DNA from: Thermoplasmatota archaeon | GTDB taxonomy: Archaea > Thermoplasmatota > E2 > DHVEG-1 > B18-G2 | Direction of reading: 5' to 3' | DNA length: 12,590 nt | Assembly (NCBI GenBank): GCA_029259115.1 | Contig: JAPDJO010000072.1 | Coordinates: 1-12,590, forward strand | Shown here: piece after piece, positions 6,641 to 12,590 of the stretch | How the letters are laid out: the number at the start of each line of letters is the position of its first letter | How positions within the stretch are numbered: the first letter of the stretch is position 1 | Made by a program: the position numbers and the translations under genes | Notes under the pieces: model-generated | Told to the model about the DNA's origin: nothing | The model's database searches: none | What the model saw: only the letters and a program-made list of their open reading frames with translations

Positions 6641-8260
6641 TCACCACTTAACCGGATAGCCCAGTTCTTTGAGTTTCGCGTCTATCTCCTTTGCCAGCTC
6701 CTTGGCACACTCTTCAGGCGTCAGTTCTCCTGAGACCGCCTTAGCTAGCACCGTGTAAAAGACGTACAGTAGTGGCGCGTAATCTCCGATCTCTAGCGGT
6801 GTTCCTATGAAATACCTCCGAGCAATCATGTCCCTAATTTGGGTGAATATTCCTCCGAACTTGGCGTTCAATGGATCTAGCTCCGGGCTCATCAACACGG
6901 ATGTCCTTACCGTTGTGTTAATGGATTTCGCTCTATCTAGCTCATTCAGCGGCGAGATTACGAACTGGGACCATAGGAATCCCAGCTCCGGATCTGGTGA
7001 ACACCATGGAATACAGTATCCGCTGATGTCGGCGTATCCAATAGGCTTAAACGGCGTCCAATACTCTCTGTCAACTGGCGGGATAGCGACCTTGAACTTT
7101 CCAGCGATCTTAGAGACCTCTGGGTTAGCGAAGGTCGATAGGAACTGCGTGTAGGTAACTGTCTGAGTCACTTTTCCAGCAGCCACCTGTTCAGCACACT
7201 CTACATAAATCCAGCCCTTAATTCCTGGTGGAGCAAACTTCAAGAGCTTTAGGAACCAGTCGATGGCTTTAACAGCAGCTGGACTATCTAAGGCGCCGCC
7301 ATGCTCTGTCCTCGCACTCCAAGTCTCGGTATTGATTCCCCATCCCGGCAGTAGCTTTCTGTTATATGGGCTCAACCCCTCACCTCCAACTCCACAAGAC
7401 GTGAGCCACGTCTCGAAGAAGTCGAAGCCCAAAGCCTCATGCGCCTTAGCTCCACAGGCATTGATCCATCCATATAGGTCTGGCGGCCTCGTAAAGAACT
7501 CAGCAGTGTCATAGACTTGGTCCCAATATCTCGGCGGCTCTAAGTCGTATCCATATTTGCTCTTAAAGGCTTTCTTCTCATCCGGGTCCTCGAAGAGGTC
7601 AGATCTATAAACATATGTTTTAGGATAATACTCTGCTGGAATCGTTAGGATGTGTCCCCTTGGATCGACGCAATACTCTAGGCAGAATATATCATCTGGG
7701 TTGAATCCGGGCTCTACTAATTCAGGCCTCTCTTCCATTATTTTTGTTATATCGGTAACCCACCCCTTCCTGATCCATGTGCCGACCATGTCTTGATCAT
7801 CATATGTCACCGTGTAGATTCCGGTGCCCTTCTCCATATCCATTATTTCTTTCTCCATGACTAGCTCGTTAGAGGTTAATTCCCAGTCGATCTTAATTCC
7901 AGTCAGCTCCTCCCACTTCGGCCCGACAACATCCCTTAGGTAGTAGTTTGGCTCCCATGCCTGAGCTAGAATCTTTATTCTCTTACCCCTCCAAGGCTCG
8001 GTAACCTTCCTCCACCACTCCCGAAGCTTCTCAGCCATGGCTGGAGTTGGTGGGACGGTTGTAACGGTCTTAGTGACAGTTGTAGCTGCCCCTGGAGCAG
8101 TAACAGTAGTTGATTTCGTTACGGTGCTGGTAATGATCTTCTCCAAAACTTTCGAAGGCTTTGAATACCATCCAGCAGCCGCGCCAACAGCGATACCGAC
8201 TATTGCAGCAGCTATAGTCTGAATCCATGCCCTCCTACTAACTTTTCCCCCTTCAGACAT
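6641..8260 (-). CDS. glpV: ABC transporter solute-binding protein, GlpV-like family 1 SBP with twin-arginine-like N-terminal anchor and Thr-rich linker
   Basis: Start at ATG 8260 (MSEGGKVSRRAWIQTIAAAIVGIAVGAAAGW), 24 nt below a TATA box. Linker TSTVTKSTTVTAPGAATTVTKTVTTVPPTP. Family motifs EELTGIKI, YRSDLF...FKSKYGYDL.PP..W....D.AEFFT, GG.LDSPAAV.A, APPG. The symbol is family-level only. Confidence 0.9.
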   Translation of the reverse strand: MSEGGKVSRRAWIQTIAAAIVGIAVGAAAGWYSKPSKVLEKIITSTVTKSTTVTAPGAATTVTKTVTTVPPTPAMAEKLREWWRKVTEPWRGKRIKILAQAWEPNYYLRDVVGPKWEELTGIKIDWELTSNELVMEKEIMDMEKGTGIYTVTYDDQDMVGTWIRKGWVTDITKIMEERPELVEPGFNPDDIFCLEYCVDPRGHILTIPAEYYPKTYVYRSDLFEDPDEKKAFKSKYGYDLEPPRYWDQVYDTAEFFTRPPDLYGWINACGAKAHEALGFDFFETWLTSCGVGGEGLSPYNRKLLPGWGINTETWSARTEHGGALDSPAAVKAIDWFLKLLKFAPPGIKGWIYVECAEQVAAGKVTQTVTYTQFLSTFANPEVSKIAGKFKVAIPPVDREYWTPFKPIGYADISGYCIPWCSPDPELGFLWSQFVISPLNELDRAKSINTTVRTSVLMSPELDPLNAKFGGIFTQIRDMIARRYFIGTPLEIGDYAPLLYVFYTVLAKAVSGELTPEECAKELAKEIDAKLKELGYPVKW

Positions 8261-8284
8261 ACATTTGTGTATAAGCAATTCAGT

Positions 8285-8300
8285 TATTTAAAGTTTTTAT
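8285..8300 (-). promoter_or_regulatory. BRE-TATA promoter of the SBP-permease operon (likely leaderless)
   Basis: Minus strand ataaaaacTTTAAATA; the TATA box (8285-8292) ends 24 nt before ATG 8260. Confidence 0.65.
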
Positions 8301-8319
8301 AGGGAAATACTATTTTTGC

Positions 8320-8334
8320 GACAAGCTTTATATT
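8320..8334 (+). promoter_or_regulatory. BRE-TATA promoter of the kinase gene (likely leaderless)
   Basis: gacaagcTTTATATT; the TATA box (8327-8334) ends 25 nt before ATG 8360, and no SD is present. Confidence 0.65.
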
Positions 8335-8359
8335 AGACTGTTACGCGACTACCTATGCT

Positions 8360-9922
8360 ATGGATTATCCGTTATTTTTAGGCACGGATATAGGAACCTT
8401 TGGAACTAAAACTATCTTAGTGGATGCTTCTGGAAAAATTCTCGCCGAATCCTTCGTCGAAACGGATGTCATAATTCCAAAGCCCGGATGGGCTGAGCAA
8501 TGGCCAGAAGTATGGCTGAACGCATATGTTAAAAGTGTAAAGGAGGTGTTGAAAAAATCCGGGGCTAATCCAAAGGATATCAAAGGTATATCGGTTAGTG
8601 GGCTCTATACGGGTTCAGGGATCCCAGTTGATAAGGATTTCAAGCCTTTGAGACCGGCGATCATATGGATGGATAGAAGAGCTGTCCAAGAAACGGAGTG
8701 GATTAAAAACGAAATTGGAGAGGAAGAGATCTTCAGGAAAACTGGAAACATAATAGATCCATTCTTTGGAATAACGAAGATCTTATGGATTAAGAGGAAT
8801 GAGCCTAAGATCTGGGATAAAATACATCAGCTAGTGACATGCTACGGATTCGTAACTCATTACCTTACAGGAGTCAACTGTATCGACCACTCAAGCGCCG
8901 GTGTTATCGGCGGGATATACGATATCCATAAGAGACAATGGTCTGATGAATTTATGCGGGAGCTGGGTGTTCCAAGAGAATTCTTTCCAGAGAGGATAAA
9001 TTGGTCAAAGGACATCGTAGGAGAAGTCAGAGCAGAGTGCGCTGAAAGGATAGGGCTGGCAAAAGGGACTCCCGTGGTAGCGGGTGGAATTGACGCACCA
9101 ATGTCATCTTTAAGCGTCACAGCGCTAAACGATGGGGATTTAGCCTCCATGATAGGGACGTCGATGTGCAACGGCTTCATTCAAGATGAGCCCAGGCTCT
9201 CAAGGAGGCTCGTAAACCTGCCTCATGTAGCATATGATGACAAGAAGTTGTACTGCTTCGCTGGTATAATAACTGCTGGAGCAGTCGTTAGGTGGTTTAG
9301 AGATAATATTGCTCTTCAGGAGAAGAGCGTTGGAGAAAGAGCTGGAATCTCAGCATACGTCTTATTAGATAAGATGGCTGAAAAGATCCCGCCGGGAGCC
9401 GATGGAGTGATCTTCACGCCGCACATGACAGTAGGTGAGAGAGCTCCATATTGGAATCCATATCTTAGAAGCTGCGTCTTCGGATTAACGCTCTATCACA
9501 CGCAAGCGCATCTCTTTAGAGCTTTCCTTGAAGGAGTCGCCTTCGCGATTAAGGATAGCATCGAAGTTGCTAGAGAAGCTGGGATTCCATTAAAGAGGGC
9601 AATCTTAGTGGATGGTGGGGCAAAGTCTCCTTTATGGAGGCAGATAATCGCAGATGTCACCGGAGTAGAGTTCACCTATATCAAAGGAGCTCCAGGAGCG
9701 CCTTTAGGAGATGCTTTAATAGCAGGAGTGGGGACAGGATATTTGAAATATGAGACGATTTTCGACTGGGTGAAGGCCGCTCAGAAAGTCGAGCCGATTA
9801 AAGAGAACATGGAGAGGTATAATGCGCTATACGAGGTGTATGTTAAGGTCAGAGATGGTCTCCAAGAATGTTATAGACTGCTGGCCGAGAAGATGAAAAC
9901 TCAAGGTGATGTAACTAAGTGA
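8360..9922 (+). CDS. FGGY-family carbohydrate kinase, xylulokinase-like (substrate uncertain)
   Basis: LGTDIGTFGTKT, PGWAEQWP, PLRPAIIWMDRRA, KILWIKRNEP, PVVAGGID, MIGTS, GERAPYW...RSCVFGLT, RAFLEGVAF, DGGAKSPLWRQIIADVTG. It lacks GlpK hallmarks such as TNQRET and WQDRRT. Confidence 0.92.
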   Translation: MDYPLFLGTDIGTFGTKTILVDASGKILAESFVETDVIIPKPGWAEQWPEVWLNAYVKSVKEVLKKSGANPKDIKGISVSGLYTGSGIPVDKDFKPLRPAIIWMDRRAVQETEWIKNEIGEEEIFRKTGNIIDPFFGITKILWIKRNEPKIWDKIHQLVTCYGFVTHYLTGVNCIDHSSAGVIGGIYDIHKRQWSDEFMRELGVPREFFPERINWSKDIVGEVRAECAERIGLAKGTPVVAGGIDAPMSSLSVTALNDGDLASMIGTSMCNGFIQDEPRLSRRLVNLPHVAYDDKKLYCFAGIITAGAVVRWFRDNIALQEKSVGERAGISAYVLLDKMAEKIPPGADGVIFTPHMTVGERAPYWNPYLRSCVFGLTLYHTQAHLFRAFLEGVAFAIKDSIEVAREAGIPLKRAILVDGGAKSPLWRQIIADVTGVEFTYIKGAPGAPLGDALIAGVGTGYLKYETIFDWVKAAQKVEPIKENMERYNALYEVYVKVRDGLQECYRLLAEKMKTQGDVTK

Positions 9923-9997
9923 CGGTGATTATCAATGAGCTTACTCTCAGCTGAATGCATCTAAATCCACCTTTTTCAGCGTCATCTCCATGACTTT

Positions 9998-10386
9998 TTA
10001 CATTAACTCATGGCTAGCACTTCCGAAGGAGGTGTTAACTCCATCTGTAGCCAAGATCCCGATCAAAACCTTTCCCTCACCATCCTCATATAAAATATCT
10101 AAGGTCTCCATCCAAGGGGATGATGGAAGATGAGGCATTCCTTAGAAGAACTTGATCATAAACTCCGCCTTCGAAGAGATGAAACGGCTCTAGGAGTACG
10201 TTGCTATTCTCCAGCCAATTAATTTCAACATGATCTTCATAGAATGTCTGAGGGCCAGACTACTTGAACCGGCTGAAATCTACTGTCGACGTATAGACAT
10301 GTAACCTCGCTTGTAAATCCGATGCTTAAGATAAGAAGCGTTGCTATAAGACCAGCTACGATGATCAAAAGTAGTTGGTCTATCCA
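9998..10386 (-). pseudogene. Probable degraded fragments of a secreted/surface protein gene
   Basis: Consecutive segments in different frames: a signal-peptide-like WIDQLLLIIVAGLIATLLILSIGF, then FYEDHVEINWLENSNVLLEPFHLFEGGVYDQVLLRNASSSII, then METLDILYEDGEGKVLIGILATDGVNTSFG. They are broken by stops and frameshifts, and the first segment has no start codon. Confidence 0.35.
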
Positions 10387-10596
10387 ACCTGACCTATGAT
10401 GGTTTTGTTAAAAATATAAGTCTTAATGCATCCTCTACAAGTTGTAGCCATATGGAGAAAATGGAAACATTGTCTAAAGATTTGGCGTAAAGGAGATTCT
10501 GAGCCTTTAGCCATGAGGTTCTCGTTAAGGTTCTTGGACGGTGGAGAAGAGGGGGGTTGCAGGTGATTGTAAAGTTCACGGCGGATCTATCTAAAT

Positions 10597-11295
10597 TTAT
10601 TTCTTCTTTAATGCCATCTCTGCAGTCCTCCTTAATTCCTCTACAGCCTTCCTATAATCACTCGACCTGAAGATGAACTTTCCAACCACTAAGACATTTG
10701 CTCCGCTTTCAACGAACTTCGAAGCCGTTAGAGTATTAACTCCGCCGTCGATAGCAATATCTACTTTTCCTCCACAGATTTTTCTAAGTTTTTTCAGCCT
10801 CCTATAAGCTTCCTCGAACCTAATCCTTCCCCCAAAATTGGCGTTGACCGCCACTAACACGACCTCGTCGACTTGATCCTTTCTCCTCTCCACATGGGTT
10901 AGGTCGCTTGAGACCGTTACTCCAAGCCCCACCTCAACTCCTTCTGAAACTAGGTAATCTATGATGGCATCCGGCTCTTCAAGGATCTCTGGATGAATGA
11001 TGATCCTATCTGCTCCTAATTTCACGCACTTCTTCACAAATTCCAAGTCTGTATCTATGGATAAGTGTAGGTCTATCGGGATCTTTGTCCTCCGTTTAAC
11101 GAAGTCGAGTAGAAGTAGACCTATATTCAATGCCGTTAATTCACTATATAGGTAGGCTCCTAGAATAAAGGGATAAACATCTACATGCAGCATATCCGCA
11201 CCACTTTCATTTATCATCTCCAATTCTTCATCCAACTTATCAAACCGAGCTGTAATGATTGATGGCACTATCTTTATCCTCATCTTGCCATCCAT
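10597..11295 (-). CDS. rpe: Ribulose-phosphate 3-epimerase family protein (divergent)
   Basis: IVPSI, GADMLHVDV, PIDLHL, GAD.I.IHPE, VN..FGG, IAIDGGVN, GANVLVVG..IF. The His/Asp/His/Asp metal ligands are retained. Start could be 11301, 11295 or 11283; 11295 fits the TATA spacing best. Confidence 0.88.
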   Translation of the reverse strand: MDGKMRIKIVPSIITARFDKLDEELEMINESGADMLHVDVYPFILGAYLYSELTALNIGLLLLDFVKRRTKIPIDLHLSIDTDLEFVKKCVKLGADRIIIHPEILEEPDAIIDYLVSEGVEVGLGVTVSSDLTHVERRKDQVDEVVLVAVNANFGGRIRFEEAYRRLKKLRKICGGKVDIAIDGGVNTLTASKFVESGANVLVVGKFIFRSSDYRKAVEELRRTAEMALKKK

Positions 11296-11316
11296 TAGCA
11301 TCGTTATAGTCGTGGT

Positions 11317-11330
11317 CTTATAAGCTTTAA
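11317..11330 (-). promoter_or_regulatory. Putative BRE-TATA promoter of the epimerase gene
   Basis: Minus strand ttaaagcTTATAAg, about 22 nt upstream of ATG 11295. Confidence 0.5.
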
Positions 11331-11744
11331 GATATTGCGCACAGGTTTAATCAAGCTACCCTAGCCGGCGTATTCGCTCCATTGCAAGCTAAGATGCTGA
11401 TTTCAAGATCTCCTAAAGAAGATGAAGTGATAGAACCTTTTCATAGAAGCAATTATGACAGACAATCACTTCGACTTACCGCCTAGCTTCACACTCATAT
11501 TGAAAAGAACAACCCATTTATCCTGGTTACATCTTGATTAGATCCTTCCAACTCTGTTTGCAACGAAATGTGCTGCTCATCTCATTGCTCCATAGATCTT
11601 GTCCAACCCTAATTCTTATGTAATGATTTTTACTTAAAGAGGTCGCCCTTTGTAGACACTTTCCTTGGCTGGAGTTGACTTAAATGGGATAATCATTATT
11701 CATTATTTGTCTTGTAGCCCCAGCGGTATATGGATACCTTGTTC

Positions 11745-12305
11745 TCAATCATGTTCGTGTCGCAGCTTTTTTACTTCATTTAAGATAAGTTCAGCCGTCC
11801 ATCTAGCGGCATTGGCTACTACTGAAGGGCACCCTTTCGGAGTATGAGCGCCAGCTCTCTCAAACTCCTTATGCTGCTTAGGATCCCAGAGATCATACCA
11901 TTTTCCTAAGATCTTTGTTTGAATGTCTTTGCAAAGGGTGCTGCCGTATTCTTGAATGAATCTTTCACAAAGTTCCTTAGCCAGCCTAAAGGCGACATAT
12001 CTTTTTCTGGTCGGATCTCCTGATATGTAGTCAGAGTAACTCCTGCCAAAGAAGAGGCCGATGGCCATCGTCCCTCCGCATAAGGCGCCGCAAGTCAATC
12101 CCTTAAAGCCTATTCCAGCGGCAAAGCCTGTAGCTATCTTCACGTAGTCTCGAGGTAGATCGAAGCCTTCAAGCAACGCTAGGAAAGTGGCTTCACAACA
12201 TCCATGGTATACTTCTTCATAATGTGCAGCTTTCTTAACGATTTCTTCGATTAATTCTTGAGCTTCCTCATCGCTTAACTTCGTAAGCTTCTTCCTCGCG
12301 TCCAT
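11745..12305 (-). CDS. C-GCAxxG-C-C family putative redox-active protein
   Basis: YHGCCEAT, GFAAGIG..GLTCGALCGG, YGSTLCKDIQ, GCPSVV give the four-Cys pattern of this family. Start set at ATG 12305 because GTG 12317 lies within a GAGGTG SD. Confidence 0.9.
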   Translation of the reverse strand: MDARKKLTKLSDEEAQELIEEIVKKAAHYEEVYHGCCEATFLALLEGFDLPRDYVKIATGFAAGIGFKGLTCGALCGGTMAIGLFFGRSYSDYISGDPTRKRYVAFRLAKELCERFIQEYGSTLCKDIQTKILGKWYDLWDPKQHKEFERAGAHTPKGCPSVVANAARWTAELILNEVKKLRHEHD

Positions 12306-12346
12306 AAACTTCCACACCTCTTTGACGCTTAAATCCTAGCACTTGA

Positions 12347-12360
12347 ATTAAAAAGCTTTG
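12347..12360 (-). promoter_or_regulatory. Putative BRE-TATA promoter of the C-GCAxxG-C-C gene
   Basis: Minus strand caaagcTTTTTAAT, about 40 nt upstream of ATG 12305, leaving room for a short SD-containing leader. Confidence 0.45.
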
Positions 12361-12474
12361 CCGAAGATCCTATGAAGTGCTCAGCCAATCTTTCTCAAAT
12401 TTATTTCTTTCATAAGTTTGCAGAAGATTGATGCGTGCGTGACTTCAAACATGTGAAAGTGGCGGATTCAATAA

Positions 12475-12590
12475 ATGCTGGACATCTTGAGACATGATGA
12501 TCTATATGGGATATTCAGTGAATTGATTAATGTTGAAAGTTTTGTAAAAGAATATAATCGCGAGGTCATAGATATCGGAGTGCTTAAGGG
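12475..12590 (+). CDS. Possible N-terminus of a hypothetical protein, open to the right edge
   Basis: ATG 12475 begins MLDILRHDDLYGIFSELINVESFVKEYNREVIDIGVLK with no stop before the edge. No family recognised. Confidence 0.3.
   Translation, partial: MLDILRHDDLYGIFSELINVESFVKEYNREVIDIGVLK

Noticed and set aside
8040-8135. Repetitive GTAAC/GTGAC/GTTG-like DNA
   Set aside because: Explained by the Thr/Val-rich linker codons of the SBP; not a CRISPR array or an independent repeat.
3155-9180. Remaining short track ORFs inside the ATPase, permease, SBP and kinase genes
   Set aside because: They overlap well-supported genes antisense or out of frame and have no independent support.
2493-9922. Calling the locus a glycerol utilisation operon
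   Set aside because: The kinase lacks GlpK motifs, there is no GlpD in the window, and the SBP differs at recalled conserved segments; only family-level similarity is supportable.
10394-10596. 61-aa minus-strand ORF (10394-10579) and a stop-interrupted plus frame starting MEKMETLSKDLA*
   Set aside because: No motif, SD or promoter support; cannot be told apart from random sequence.
11665-11847. 60-aa Cys-containing plus-strand ORF
   Set aside because: Largely antisense to the C-GCAxxG-C-C gene, TTG start, no recognisable family.
1-12590. tRNA, rRNA, CRISPR array, IS or integrase
   Set aside because: No cloverleaf, regularly spaced repeats, terminal inverted repeats or transposase motifs were seen.

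Overview
Archaeal window, probably a thermophilic TACK-type organism, judged from AGA/AGG/ATA codon usage, BRE-TATA promoters about 25 nt upstream of starts, GAGGTG-type SD sites and a Thr-rich membrane-anchored solute-binding protein. It holds a compact carbohydrate-catabolic island in alternating orientation. From left to right: a TPP-dependent acetoin/2-oxoacid-dehydrogenase-like complex (E1alpha, E1beta, E2 cut by the left edge, - strand); a complete six-component ABC importer of the rhizobial glycerol-transporter GlpSTPQUV type, split into two convergent units (two ATPases on +; SBP, two permeases and an unannotated 59-aa GlpU/DUF2160-like protein on -); a xylulokinase-like FGGY kinase; a divergent ribulose-phosphate 3-epimerase family protein; and a C-GCAxxG-C-C family protein. 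Probable decayed gene remnants lie between the last three genes. The most interesting reading is inference only: an undescribed polyol/ketose pathway (import, phosphorylation, C3 epimerisation, oxidative TPP/lipoate-dependent ketol cleavage). All family assignments come from motif recognition by eye; no searches were run.
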